A DNA stretch of 64,000 nucleotides from an uncultured Bacilli bacterium (lineage in GTDB: Bacteria > Bacillota_I > Bacilli_A > RF39 > UBA660). Made by a program: the position numbers and the translations under genes. The notes under the pieces are model-generated. The model worked only from the letters and a program-made list of their open reading frames with translations. It was not told the DNA's origin and ran no database searches. Every line of letters starts with the position of its first letter. Position 1 is the stretch's first letter. Below, one piece after another: positions 19,129 to 29,490 of this stretch. The stretch lies in the NCBI GenBank assembly GCA_934162125.1, contig CAKPHU010000007.1, forward strand, positions 7,315 through 71,314, in the 5' to 3' direction.

Positions 19129-19689
19129 TTACTCTCCTATTTTGTTTAATTCTATGTAATGTTTAACTTTTGTTATGCTCAATTTGCCATCTTTTTCTTG
19201 AAGCATATTTGCGACATTTGAATTGTCAAAAGTTACTATGGCAGGATATTCTGCCGTTAGAACATATTTATATTTATACTTATTATTGAAATCAGTTAAG
19301 AAAGCTGTTTCATCAACACCACTTAAATTTAAATAAATAATGTCGTCTTGTAAATCTTTTTTCTTGATTAGTTTAATAAAATCATTCTCAAAATTACGGC
19401 AGTTTTGAGATGATGCTGTGCACATATAAATTGTACTGTTAGGATTTTCCATTATATAATGGTCAAGTTCCTCATATGTTATTTCAGAAAGAGTTCCTCT
19501 TATAACTGGAATTTCTTTTTGATTGTCACTATATACACGATAACAATCACATAGATATAAGGTTAAAGTAACTGTTACAACTACTAGCAAAAATAAAATT
19601 AAATAATTTTTTACTTTTGTGTTATTTGGAACATTTTCGATAGTTTTCTTTAGATTATTTAATTCTTTTTTAGTATTTTTGTTTGACAT
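19129..19689 (-). CDS. membrane-anchored hypothetical protein, possible thioredoxin-like fold without CXXC
   Basis: N-terminal TM followed by a ~130-aa domain. No catalytic motif recognised. Confidence 0.3.
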   Translation of the reverse strand: MSNKNTKKELNNLKKTIENVPNNTKVKNYLILFLLVVVTVTLTLYLCDCYRVYSDNQKEIPVIRGTLSEITYEELDHYIMENPNSTIYMCTASSQNCRNFENDFIKLIKKKDLQDDIIYLNLSGVDETAFLTDFNNKYKYKYVLTAEYPAIVTFDNSNVANMLQEKDGKLSITKVKHYIELNKIGE

Positions 19690-19754
19690 TTAAACACTTC
19701 CTATCAATATTAGTTTATCATATTTTATTTTATTTAGCACTATAATTTAGTATT

Positions 19755-21929
19755 TTATGACTGATATTTGTTAATTGTTTCGGCAATTTTTCTAGAATCT
19801 TCTGTTGTGAAAGTCAAACGATAATTACATTTTGCTAGAAGATATTCACTGGTGATTTCTTCGATAGCGAAATTCTTTATGTGAGTGTTCACGCCATCAA
19901 AATACACTGGAAATTTCTTTTCCTTGATGTCAATTAAATTGTAAGAATAAACTCCTTCATCTAGTGATAAAACATTTCCTTTAATTATCATATTTTCAAC
20001 GCGACCATAGGCAAATATTTCCACCTTTGGATAACATGCAAATTTGGCGTGATAGTCGTGAATAAATTGTTCCATTTCTTCTTCTGTTAACTCAACTGAT
20101 AATGTTACAGTATCAATTCCTAATTTGTACAAATAATACGCTGTATAAATATTAAAAACATTCATACCATAATCAGCAATTATATTTTTGTAATCATTAT
20201 AAATAGCATAATCTGAAACCAAAAGGGAATCTTTGTACAATGATTTAGGATTATACATGCAACGAGGTAAAGCTAATACTAGGTTGCCTTGATCTTTATA
20301 TTTTTCATAGAGTTTCAAATCGTAAACATAAATACAATTGATGTTGTACCCTAAGCAAGACTGAAGTTGTTCTTCTGTGGTTACAGCAATTTTCATTATG
20401 TTAGAAGATTCAGTTGGAGCTGGAGAGAAATCTACTTTACTTACAAACGGTTCTATTTTTGGTTGTTCGCGTAAAGTTATTAGCTTTTCGACAACTTCAC
20501 GACGCAAATCATTTATATCTTTAATTGGGATAAATATATTTTCATCTGATTTTAAAGTTATTTCTTGACACTTGAAAGGAGTTTCTCCTAATTTAGTTAC
20601 TTGTTCTTTTAGGCGGTCTACAGACAATGGTGCATTAATTGATCTTTGAACTATAATACCTGTGGCACTTACGGAATTTGTACCATCTGAAAAAGACATT
20701 TTTAAATTATTTCCAATAGTCGCAGTTACTTCAATCGTAATTGGAATTTTCTTTTCTGGTAATTTTTTCAAGTAAGAAAGCAATTGATAATCTTGTGTTT
20801 TACATACAATATCATTTTCCGTTAAATTGATTTTATTATCTATATAGCAAATGTCGTTAGAACTACTAATTAATTTATCTTTTTCATCATATAGATAGTT
20901 AACTATTAAGCCTTTACCACTATTTAAAAATCTGATTCCATCTTGTTGGTTCAATTGATGATAAAGTTTGATTTTGATTTTATCTTTAGTGACCTCTAGA
21001 GTCTTACCAATTTCTAGGCCAATATGATTTGGAGTTTTTATATTCATTAATTCTTTATCTGTACAATTGAAAAGACGTCCTTTAGTAAAGCCTCTATTAA
21101 ATAATGTTTTTAGTAGATCGTTGTTAGTCTCAAGATCAGTTGTAGAATAATTATCAATTAGTTCTCTATAAAATCTTGTTACAAAGCCTACATATTCTGG
21201 GCTTTTCATACGACCTTCTATTTTGAAACAATCGATGTTACTTTTTAGAAGTTCAGCAAAATTTTCAGATGTATTTAATTCTTTGGTGCTAAGTAAATAC
21301 TTATTTGTAGATAATATTTCTCCGTCTTTTTCAAGACTATATGGTAAACGGCAACTTCCGGCACATTCCCCTCTATTGCCACTTCTAGTACCAATCATGC
21401 TACTCATAAGACAGCAACCTGAATAGCAAATACAAAGAGCACCATGAACAAATACTTCTTTTTCTATTGGAACAGTTATTTTATTTATTTCTTCCAAGCT
21501 CATTTCACGTGAAAAAACAACTCGTTTTACTCCGAGTTTATAGAACAATTCAGCTGTTTCACTACTTGAAGTATTTGCTTGAGTTGAGGCGTGAATTTCT
21601 AGGCGTGGGAACTTCTCACGGAGTAAGCAGATCATACCAAAGTCTTGAACTAAGATGGCATCTACTCCGTTGTTATGAAGAAATTCGGCTTGTTCTAAAA
21701 AGTCATCCACCTCATTGTCTTTTACCAAAGTGTTCATGGTTACATATACCTTTACATCATACAAATGGCAAAACTTGATGGCTTCAACTAGCTCTTCATT
21801 GGTAAAGTTTTGAGCAAATTTGCGGGCACCAAAAGTCTTTCCAGCTAAGTATACAGCATCGGCACCATTAAAAACTGCTTGCTTTAAACATTCCATATTA
21901 CCTGCTGGAGCTAATAATTCGTGTTTCAT
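19755..21929 (-). CDS. peptidase U32 family protein (long, two-module form)
   Basis: N-terminus MKHELLAPAGNMECLKQAVFNGADAVYLAG and the Cys-rich CICYSGCCLMSS...GNRGECAGSCR segment, typical of U32 proteins. Confidence 0.85.
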   Translation of the reverse strand: MKHELLAPAGNMECLKQAVFNGADAVYLAGKTFGARKFAQNFTNEELVEAIKFCHLYDVKVYVTMNTLVKDNEVDDFLEQAEFLHNNGVDAILVQDFGMICLLREKFPRLEIHASTQANTSSSETAELFYKLGVKRVVFSREMSLEEINKITVPIEKEVFVHGALCICYSGCCLMSSMIGTRSGNRGECAGSCRLPYSLEKDGEILSTNKYLLSTKELNTSENFAELLKSNIDCFKIEGRMKSPEYVGFVTRFYRELIDNYSTTDLETNNDLLKTLFNRGFTKGRLFNCTDKELMNIKTPNHIGLEIGKTLEVTKDKIKIKLYHQLNQQDGIRFLNSGKGLIVNYLYDEKDKLISSSNDICYIDNKINLTENDIVCKTQDYQLLSYLKKLPEKKIPITIEVTATIGNNLKMSFSDGTNSVSATGIIVQRSINAPLSVDRLKEQVTKLGETPFKCQEITLKSDENIFIPIKDINDLRREVVEKLITLREQPKIEPFVSKVDFSPAPTESSNIMKIAVTTEEQLQSCLGYNINCIYVYDLKLYEKYKDQGNLVLALPRCMYNPKSLYKDSLLVSDYAIYNDYKNIIADYGMNVFNIYTAYYLYKLGIDTVTLSVELTEEEMEQFIHDYHAKFACYPKVEIFAYGRVENMIIKGNVLSLDEGVYSYNLIDIKEKKFPVYFDGVNTHIKNFAIEEITSEYLLAKCNYRLTFTTEDSRKIAETINKYQS

Positions 21930-21985
21930 AATCCCACTTCCATTCTAGGTAAATTATAGCAAAATTATTTTGATGTGACTATATT

Positions 21986-22279
21986 TTATTGTACTTTTGC
22001 TTTTAAAATTTCAATCTCTTTGTTAAGTGCTTTAACCATTTTGGTTAAAATAGCAATTTCAATGTTTTCGTCATCTTTTTCTGATGATGATTGAGATGGA
22101 CTTTCGGAATCATATAACTGACGGAAGTAGGCATTGGTACAAATGACTTGGGCTGCAAGCATGAGCCAGTTTCCTAAGGCATTTTGCTCTTTTGCATTTA
22201 AGTCATCTAATAGTAAATAACCAACTACTACTGCACTAGCAGTTGAAGCTTTAGGCGGTAAATTGGGAATTCTATTCAT
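21986..22279 (-). CDS. hypothetical protein
   Basis: 97-aa ORF with a plausible RBS context. No motif recognised. Confidence 0.35.
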   Translation of the reverse strand: MNRIPNLPPKASTASAVVVGYLLLDDLNAKEQNALGNWLMLAAQVICTNAYFRQLYDSESPSQSSSEKDDENIEIAILTKMVKALNKEIEILKAKVQ

Positions 22280-22374
22280 AAAGCTCCTTTGTATTTATAT
22301 CAAAATTTAGTTTATTTTAATATAAATAAAGCACTTAACTAAGAAATAGGCATAGATTATTATAGGTGAGATGT

Positions 22375-22587
22375 ATGAAAATAAAGCATCCTTTCTTTTG
22401 TAGGTGTAACTCTTGTAAGCAAAAAAGAAGAAGTAGTGTTTTATACTTGGTGGGTATGATAGTTGTTTTTATTATTTTATTTTATCAAATGCTGTTGTTA
22501 CTTTTTATTACGACAAGATTTAATGTGATAATTTTACTTTTTGAATTTATGTTATTGTGCTTTCTGATCTTCCTCATTATCTTTTAA
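22375..22587 (+). CDS. hypothetical small membrane protein
   Basis: ATG at 22375 after GGTGAG. Cys/basic N-terminus then two hydrophobic segments. It overlaps the 3' end of the convergent gene, so it could be spurious. Confidence 0.25.
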   Translation: MKIKHPFFCRCNSCKQKRRSSVLYLVGMIVVFIILFYQMLLLLFITTRFNVIILLFEFMLLCFLIFLIIF

Positions 22588-23451
22588 AACAAAACTTAGC
22601 GATTTTAAGACATAGTTTACAAATTTACGAGTTGTAATTATATTGACAAGATTATCTTTTTTGAACTCTAGTTTTGGCGGAATTAAAATTAAGGATTCAA
22701 AAAGTAGTTTTTCGGAAGGTGTGTACTGATATTTACTTTGATATAATTCAAATAGACTTTTCATTTCCAAATTGTCGTAATCATTGTGAAAAAAGTTTAG
22801 AAAATCATAAACTACTAGTCCTTTTTTGGCATTGTTCCAATTGATTAAAAAACTATCGTCAGATATTAAAAAATGGTCTAGTGAAATGTTGTTATGAAGA
22901 AGAACATGACGTTCTCTTTTTTCATTTTTATGGAGACTGTACCAGTTGTCAAGACTCCTTTTCGCATTATCTAAGGCAAAATAGACACTACTAATGTTTC
23001 GAATTAATAGATAATCAGCTGGGGACATAAAGACTTTATTTTCGATATAGTCCTGTAAGTCTAGATAATAGTTCTTTAACTCAGCGATTTGAGCCGTTTT
23101 ATTTTCATATATTTCCTTAGTCTTATCTAAATCCGTATTTTCATATGAAGTTGTTTTATTATGAAGAAGTGCCATAGTATATACTAAATCTATGGCTTTA
23201 TCAGATGCTGGCATCTTTTTTTCTATAAGATACGGATACATTTCATATTGATTGTTTTTCAGAGGAATGGGAGAAAGATAATTGGAAAAATTGCGACTAT
23301 CTAAGTAATCATAAGTTTCGGTAGTATTATTCTTTTTAACTTTCAAAGTATATGTTCCTTGATCTGTTGTTAGAACTTTAAGAGTTTTTAGATAATCTAT
23401 TTTAGATATTTTAAGTTTTAGTTCTTCAAGTAGTTTTGCTTCAGTTTTCAT
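22552..23451 (-). CDS. CotS/YsxE-like spore coat kinase-fold protein
   Basis: Phosphotransferase-like motifs VLLHNNISLDHFLI and LINWNNAKKGLVVYDFLNFF. It overlaps and follows a SpoVID-like gene, as spoVID-ysxE does in Bacillus. Confidence 0.5.
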   Translation of the reverse strand: MKTEAKLLEELKLKISKIDYLKTLKVLTTDQGTYTLKVKKNNTTETYDYLDSRNFSNYLSPIPLKNNQYEMYPYLIEKKMPASDKAIDLVYTMALLHNKTTSYENTDLDKTKEIYENKTAQIAELKNYYLDLQDYIENKVFMSPADYLLIRNISSVYFALDNAKRSLDNWYSLHKNEKRERHVLLHNNISLDHFLISDDSFLINWNNAKKGLVVYDFLNFFHNDYDNLEMKSLFELYQSKYQYTPSEKLLFESLILIPPKLEFKKDNLVNIITTRKFVNYVLKSLSFVLKDNEEDQKAQ

Positions 23452-24169
23452 TTGTGGTTGGAATTATTAATTTTGTACCTATCTTTAAGGAAGAAAGATC
23501 ATTATATTTTTCTAGTTCCTCTTTAGTTGTTTTATATTTTTCAATGATACTTTGAACGGTTTCTTCTTCTCTAACAATATAAATTGAATAAGTAGAGAAA
23601 GTTTCTTCTGCATCTTTTAGTGATGAAAATAAGGCACCAACATTTTCGGTTGTGGTTGTAGTTTCTGTTACAGTTTTATTAATTTCTTGCTCTTCTGTGG
23701 TAGAAATATTATTTTCTTTGGCAGTTTCCATTTTATTCTCCTTTGTATTTTGAGTAATCTCTTCTCGTGGAGATGTCTCTTTTTCTGGTTCTTTTTTAGG
23801 TGGTTCGTCTTCTTCTTCAATGCAACGTTCTTTTTCTTCCTCTATTAATTCTAGGCCTTCTACTTTTACATCAATATAGCAGACCATTGTATCATCATTT
23901 TCTATTTCATAATAGAAATCAGCAATTTCAATTTTGGCAGTTTTTAGGTCTAGTTTTTCATTTAAGATTATCTCAGCTGGAATTTTAAAAGAAAAGTCAT
24001 CTTCTATTCTTGATGCTTCCGTTAATTTATATTTTCCAGAAACAGTAAATTCTCCTGTAATATTACTTTCGTCAACAAATTTTAAATTATCGTCTAGTGA
24101 AATTGCGGTTACTTCCCCTATCATTGAGGAAAATTCTAATTCTTTTTTAAAAGATATAATTTTTTTCAT
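23441..24169 (-). CDS. SpoVID-like protein with C-terminal LysM domain
   Basis: C-terminal LysM (YSIYIVREEETVQSIIEKYKTTKEELEKYNDLSSLKIGTKLIIP), acidic middle region, and position downstream of tig-lon. Confidence 0.5.
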   Translation of the reverse strand: MKKIISFKKELEFSSMIGEVTAISLDDNLKFVDESNITGEFTVSGKYKLTEASRIEDDFSFKIPAEIILNEKLDLKTAKIEIADFYYEIENDDTMVCYIDVKVEGLELIEEEKERCIEEEDEPPKKEPEKETSPREEITQNTKENKMETAKENNISTTEEQEINKTVTETTTTTENVGALFSSLKDAEETFSTYSIYIVREEETVQSIIEKYKTTKEELEKYNDLSSLKIGTKLIIPTTNEN

Positions 24170-24192
24170 AAAAGCCTCCTATTCAATAATAT

Positions 24193-24219
24193 GAAAAAAG
24201 AAGGCTTTTATGCCTTCTT
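24193..24219 (-). terminator. rho-independent terminator downstream of lon
   Basis: Stem GAAGGC/GCCTTC (extendable to 8 bp), 6-nt loop, T6 on the minus strand. Confidence 0.6.
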
Positions 24220-24235
24220 TTTAGAGGAAAATTCT

Positions 24236-26539
24236 TTAAATATGGAAAAGCTTTTTAGCTATTTCTTCATAGCTTTCTACAAGAATAAATTCAATATCAG
24301 AGCTTACTTCTTTAGGAATTTCTTTTAGGTCTTTTTCATTTTCACGAGGAATAAAGATAGTCTTAATTCCAGCACGATGAGATCCAATTACTTTTTCTTT
24401 AAGACCTCCTATAGCTAGAACTCTACCACGTAGGGTTATTTCTCCAGTCATGGAGATACTTTTTTCTACGGCTTCTTGTCTTAAAAGACTGATCAAAGCT
24501 GTTGTGATAGTAATACCAGCAGATGGTCCGTCTTTATTGATGGCACCCTCAGGAAAGTGAATATGAATGTCATTTTCTTCTAATAATTTGCTATCTATAT
24601 TAAATAACTTAGTATTTGCTTTTATGTAACTTAAGGCAATACGACATGACTCTTGCATGACATCGCCTAGTGAACCAGTAAGTATCAGTTCACCTTTTCC
24701 CTTAAACATTGTAGCTTCAATTGGAAGAATATCACCACCATAGATAGTGTATGCCATGCCGTTAACAACACCTATTTCTTTTTTAGTTATATTTTCTAAG
24801 TAAGAGAATTTTTTCTCACCTATAAAGTCAACTAATTTTTCTGGTGTAATATCAAAAAATGGACAGTCATTGTCTAGTAGAATTTTCTTAACTATTTTAC
24901 GGAAAAGACTTGCTATTTCACGTTCTAGTTCACGAACTCCTGCTTCTTTTGTATAATTTCTGATAATTGTCATAATGGCTTCGTCACTAATTTGCACTTG
25001 GAGTGGTGTTAGACCGTGAGCCTCTAACTCTTTAGGAATAAGATGTTTTTTAGCAATATCTAGTTTCTCATACTCTGTATAACTAGTTAAATTAATTATT
25101 TCGAGACGATCACGCAATTCATATGGAATTTGATCAATATAATTAGCTGTGGCAATGAAAAGAACTTTAGATAAGTCAAATTCCTCTTCAACATAATGAT
25201 CTGAAAATTTACTGTTCTGTTCAGGATCAAGTACTTCTAGAAGACTACTTGCAGGATCCCCTTTGATATCTTTAGTCATCTTGTCTATTTCATCTATGAT
25301 AAAAACTGGATTTGTGGTACCAGCACGTTTCATACCTTGAATGATGCGGCCTGGGCAGGCACCGACATAGGTACGACGATGACCAATTATTTCGGCTTCA
25401 TCATTAATACCGCCAACACTTATCTTAGCTACATTCCTATTTAGACTCTTAGCAATACTAATTGCTAGAGATGTTTTACCTACACCAGGAGGACCAACTA
25501 AGCAAATAATTGGACTACGATGATTTTTGGTATTTTGCTTTACGGCTAAATATTCAATTATTCTTTCTTTTACTTCATCTAAAGCGTAATGGGAACTGTC
25601 TAATATTTCTTTTACCTTAACTAAATTTTCATTGTCCTTTGTATAAGTGTTCCATGGTAGAGCTAAGAGACAATCTATATAGTCGCGGATCATTCCTAGT
25701 TCTGGCGAATTACTATTAACAGTCTCATAACGAGATATTTCGTGAAGAATACGTTCTTTTACTTTGGCATTGCATTTTAGTTTGTTGGCTTTCTTTTTTA
25801 AAGAAGATATTTCATCATCTTTGCTTACTGTATCGCCAAGTTCTTGTTGCATTAGTTTGATTTTTTCACGAAGAAAGTATTCTTTTTGGGCATTATTTAA
25901 TTCTTTCTCAACCTCTGCTTCAATACTTTGTTCTAGTTTAATAAATTTTAGATCTTCATTCATGTCTTTGATTAGACTTTTGCAACGATCAACAGGATTT
26001 ATTATTGTTATATATTTCTTTTTACGTTTATAGTCTAAAGTTAGGAAAGAGGCTACTAAATCGCATAGTTCACTAAGACTGTTGACAGTGCTTAATTGAC
26101 TGATAATAGCATTTCCCATGTAAGGTACTTTATCTATGTAATTTTCAACGGCCTTGATTAAAATATTTGTATAATTACTTTCAGCTTTTGTTTCAGTTAA
26201 AGTTATTTCACTGTATCCAGCATAGAAAAAATGTTCATCCTCATTGGCACTATAATTAGATATTTCAACACGACGTAGACCTTCTAGTACTACTCTAGTT
26301 TTACCATTTGGAACATTTAATTTAAGCTTTAAGCGACCTAAGACACCATACTTTGGAAGAGACGTAATATTATAGTCACTATCATCGATAGGGTTTACGA
26401 TTAGAACTAAATCATCCTCTATTTTATCTACGATAGATACCATATCTTTATCATAGGTGTTATCATACTCAAGGCGCACTTCAGTATTGGGGAAGATAAC
26501 CATGTCATTAATAATTAAAACTAATAATTTATCATGCAC
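24236..26539 (-). CDS. lon: ATP-dependent Lon protease (LonA)
   Basis: 767 aa. N-terminal LON domain, Walker A GPPGVGKTSLA, and protease motif DGPSAGITITTALIS with the catalytic Ser. Confidence 0.95.
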   Translation of the reverse strand: MHDKLLVLIINDMVIFPNTEVRLEYDNTYDKDMVSIVDKIEDDLVLIVNPIDDSDYNITSLPKYGVLGRLKLKLNVPNGKTRVVLEGLRRVEISNYSANEDEHFFYAGYSEITLTETKAESNYTNILIKAVENYIDKVPYMGNAIISQLSTVNSLSELCDLVASFLTLDYKRKKKYITIINPVDRCKSLIKDMNEDLKFIKLEQSIEAEVEKELNNAQKEYFLREKIKLMQQELGDTVSKDDEISSLKKKANKLKCNAKVKERILHEISRYETVNSNSPELGMIRDYIDCLLALPWNTYTKDNENLVKVKEILDSSHYALDEVKERIIEYLAVKQNTKNHRSPIICLVGPPGVGKTSLAISIAKSLNRNVAKISVGGINDEAEIIGHRRTYVGACPGRIIQGMKRAGTTNPVFIIDEIDKMTKDIKGDPASSLLEVLDPEQNSKFSDHYVEEEFDLSKVLFIATANYIDQIPYELRDRLEIINLTSYTEYEKLDIAKKHLIPKELEAHGLTPLQVQISDEAIMTIIRNYTKEAGVRELEREIASLFRKIVKKILLDNDCPFFDITPEKLVDFIGEKKFSYLENITKKEIGVVNGMAYTIYGGDILPIEATMFKGKGELILTGSLGDVMQESCRIALSYIKANTKLFNIDSKLLEENDIHIHFPEGAINKDGPSAGITITTALISLLRQEAVEKSISMTGEITLRGRVLAIGGLKEKVIGSHRAGIKTIFIPRENEKDLKEIPKEVSSDIEFILVESYEEIAKKLFHI

Positions 26540-26633
26540 GATTATTCACCTCCAAGTTTTTAATACTGCTTACTATTATATAATAAAAATTGTTTTTTTC
26601 AATGAAATAAGACGAAATTTTACGTTTTTTTTC

Positions 26634-26663
26634 ACAAAACAAAAAGAGATTTTTGAAATCTCT
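26634..26663 (-). terminator. rho-independent terminator downstream of tig
   Basis: Minus strand AGAGATTT-CAA-AAATCTCT followed by TTTTGTTTTG. Confidence 0.65.
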
Positions 26664-26674
26664 TCTTAACTTTA

Positions 26675-27997
26675 CTATTTATTTAATTCTTTTAATTTTT
26701 CAATAGTTTTACGCATCTCTAAATCATATTGGATCATGTCTAATCCACCAAAGTGATTTAAGAAATCTGCTTTTTCCATTTGATATTTTTCTGCTAACTT
26801 AGTAGCTTCAGCATCAGCTTCTTCTTCAGATACAACTATTTCTTCTAAGTTCATTATTTCTTCTAGCATTAATCTGTATAAAACATTTGAATATGCTTCT
26901 TTTTCTAATTGTGCTTTTAAATCTTTTTCAGTACTATTAGTGAATTGATAGTATAAATCTAGAGAAATGCCTTGCATCTTCATTTGGTCTTCGAAACGAT
27001 GTAATAGACGATCTACTTCTTCATCAACCATTTCTTCTGGAATTTCAACTTCAACATTCTTACCTACTTCTTCTAGTATTTTGTCAATGTAGTCGTTTTC
27101 ATTGTCCATTTCTTTTTGAGCAACAAGTGAATTTTTGATTTCAGCACGTAATGTTTCTTCTGAATTAACACCTTCCATGCCTAAATCCTCAAAGAAATCT
27201 TCATCTAATTCTCTTGCTTGTTTTGTTTTTACTTCATTAACTTTTACTTTGAAGACAACAGCTGCTCCAGCTAAATCTTTTGCTCCATAATCTTCTGGGA
27301 AAGTTAAATTTAAATCTTTTTCTTCACCAGCACTCATACCAATTAATTGTTCTTCAAAACCTGGAATAAATGTGTTTGAACCAATTTCTAGAGAATAATT
27401 TTCTCCTTTACCACCATCAAATGCTACACCATCTTTAAATCCTTCAAAGTCGATTATAGCTAAGTCGCCATTTTCAATTTTGCCATCTTTAGTTGCAAGT
27501 TCAGTGTATCTTTCAAGTAAGTGAGATAACTCATGATCAATATCTTCTTCTGTTACTTCAACTTCTGCTGGTTTAATATTTAAACCTTTATATTGTTTAA
27601 TTTTTACTTCTGGTTTTGTAATAATTTTAAAGCTGAATTCAACACCGTTTTCATCAATGCTCTTTAAATCAACACTTGGTTGTACAACTGGCATTAACTT
27701 AGAGTCTTCTAGAGCTTTTGTATAAGCTGCTTGTAAAACAAGGTCAGCAGCATCTAGGAAAAGGGATTCTTTACCAAATTTCTTTTCATAAACATTTCTT
27801 GGTACTTTTCCTGGACGGAAGCCATCTACTTTTACAGTTTTTTGCTTTTTAGCAAATACCTGGTCTAAAGCTTTTGTCCATTCTTCTCCTTCTATTTTTA
27901 CTTGTACATCGTGTACATTAGTTTTCTTTGATTCTTTTTCTACAGTTTCTTCAGTTTTAACAACTTCTTCTGTAGCTTCTTTTTTTGCTTTTGCCAT
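26675..27997 (-). CDS. tig: trigger factor
   Basis: 440 aa. Ribosome-binding motif region GFRPGKVP and an FKBP-type middle domain (IDFEGFKDGVAFDGGKGENY). Confidence 0.95.
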   Translation of the reverse strand: MAKAKKEATEEVVKTEETVEKESKKTNVHDVQVKIEGEEWTKALDQVFAKKQKTVKVDGFRPGKVPRNVYEKKFGKESLFLDAADLVLQAAYTKALEDSKLMPVVQPSVDLKSIDENGVEFSFKIITKPEVKIKQYKGLNIKPAEVEVTEEDIDHELSHLLERYTELATKDGKIENGDLAIIDFEGFKDGVAFDGGKGENYSLEIGSNTFIPGFEEQLIGMSAGEEKDLNLTFPEDYGAKDLAGAAVVFKVKVNEVKTKQARELDEDFFEDLGMEGVNSEETLRAEIKNSLVAQKEMDNENDYIDKILEEVGKNVEVEIPEEMVDEEVDRLLHRFEDQMKMQGISLDLYYQFTNSTEKDLKAQLEKEAYSNVLYRLMLEEIMNLEEIVVSEEEADAEATKLAEKYQMEKADFLNHFGGLDMIQYDLEMRKTIEKLKELNK

Positions 27998-28109
27998 ATT
28001 ATCCCTCCAACGCTTAATATTATATCTTATATTTCAAGTTAAGACAACCTTTTTTATTATTGTTTTGTTGATTAAAATTTTCTTTTTTTCCTTATAATTC
28101 ACGTGAAGT

Positions 28110-28138
28110 TTGACATTTTAAAATCAATATGCTAGAAT
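28110..28138 (+). promoter_or_regulatory. sigma-A promoter of the trpS leader
   Basis: TTGACA-17 nt-TAGAAT with TGC immediately upstream of the -10. Confidence 0.6.
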
Positions 28139-28144
28139 TAAGTC

Positions 28145-28382
28145 AGTTATGAAAGCTATGAGTTAGATTAGTAAATATCAATTTAAATTTTAAGAGAGCA
28201 GCAGCTTGGTGGAATGTTGTAATTTATGGATATTGAATGGACTAATGAGTGCTATTTTGAAATTAGTAGGAATGGCCGGGGATTCTTCCCGTTATAAGTT
28301 GAACGTATATGGTGGTATATGTCTATTATTAGGTGGCGCAAGATTCTTGTCCTATTATTAGGAGAGGAATCTTTTATTTTTG
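28145..28382 (+). promoter_or_regulatory. T-box riboswitch leader, Trp specifier
   Basis: AGAGAG box and GGTGGAA near 28193-28215. The specifier context GAAUGGA places UGG at 28238..28240. T-box-like AUUAGGUGGCGCAAG overlaps a terminator hairpin (AGATTCTTGTCC...GGAGAGGAATCT) followed by TTTTATTTTT. Confidence 0.8.
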
Positions 28383-28467
28383 GAGGTTAATTATGAATTT
28401 TACTAAACGATGGTGGATTTTTAAATAAGAATATAAATTGATAATAAATAATTTAATGAGGAGTGAT

Positions 28468-29472
28468 ATGATGAAAACAATATTAACTGGACTTCGTCCA
28501 ACTGGAAATTTACATTTAGGACATTATTTTGGAGCATGTCAAAATTGGGTAAAAATGCAAGATGATTATGATTTTTTCTTAGAAATTGCGGATGTTCAAG
28601 CTTTAACTGATAACTTTGATAATCCTGACAAGGTACGCATTAATGTTTATGAAATAACAAAAGACTTATTAGCGACTGGAATTGATCCTAATAAAGTAAA
28701 CTTCTTTTTACAATCTAAGATACCAGAAATTGCAGAGCTTACAGTTTTCTACTCTAACCTAGTTACAGTTGCAAGATTGCAACGTAATCCAACTGTAAAA
28801 TGTGAAATAGCTCAAAAGAAAGAATTATTTGGTAATGATGGGGAATCTATAACTTATGGATTTTTAGGTTATCCAGTTAGTCAAGCTGCGGATATTACAG
28901 CTTTCGATGGTGAGGTTGTCCCTGTTGGAGATGACCAAATACCTTTAATTGAACAATGTCGTGAAATAGTACGTAAATTTAATTCTATTTATGGAGAAAC
29001 TTTAAAAGAGCCTGTACATTATTTGAGTAAAACTACTAGAGTAAAAGGATTAGATGGCAATGAGAAAATGGGTAAAAGTTTAGGAAATGCTATCTACTTA
29101 GTTGATGATGATGAAACAATCAAAACAAAAATAATGGCTGCTATTACTGATCCAAATAAAATAAGAAAAGATGATCCAGCAAATCCTGATGTTTGTATGG
29201 TTTACTATTATCATAAATTGGTTAATAAAGAAGAAAATGTAGAAAAAGTATGTAAGGAATGTAAAGCTGGCGAAAGAGGTTGCGTTCAATGCAAAAAAGA
29301 ACTAATTGAAGCAATGAAAGAATTTCTTAAACCTATTAAAGAAAGAAGAAAGTATTATGAAGACCATCCAGAAGAAGTTGATAAAATACTTAATGAGGGA
29401 ACAGAAAAAGCCAGGGCTAAAGCTAAGGAACAAATGAAAAAAGTTAGACATGCAATGAAAATAGACTACTAA
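28468..29472 (+). CDS. trpS: tryptophan--tRNA ligase
   Basis: The start is set at the ATG at 28468, after GAGGAG. HIGH-type TGNLHLGH and KMSKS-type KMGKS. 334 aa. A Cys-rich insertion is described in the findings. Confidence 0.95.
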   Translation: MMKTILTGLRPTGNLHLGHYFGACQNWVKMQDDYDFFLEIADVQALTDNFDNPDKVRINVYEITKDLLATGIDPNKVNFFLQSKIPEIAELTVFYSNLVTVARLQRNPTVKCEIAQKKELFGNDGESITYGFLGYPVSQAADITAFDGEVVPVGDDQIPLIEQCREIVRKFNSIYGETLKEPVHYLSKTTRVKGLDGNEKMGKSLGNAIYLVDDDETIKTKIMAAITDPNKIRKDDPANPDVCMVYYYHKLVNKEENVEKVCKECKAGERGCVQCKKELIEAMKEFLKPIKERRKYYEDHPEEVDKILNEGTEKARAKAKEQMKKVRHAMKIDY

Positions 29473-29490
29473 AATGTAGTCTGTTTTTTT
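29463..29490 (+). terminator. rho-independent terminator of trpS
   Basis: AGACTAC-TAAAAT-GTAGTCT followed by GTTTTTTT. The hairpin spans the trpS stop codon. Confidence 0.55.

Noticed and set aside
19129-19689. Membrane-anchored thioredoxin-fold-like protein as the oxidoreductase for the Cys-rich island proteins
   Set aside because: It has no CXXC active site, it lies 30 kb away among core genes, and the fold assignment itself is weak.
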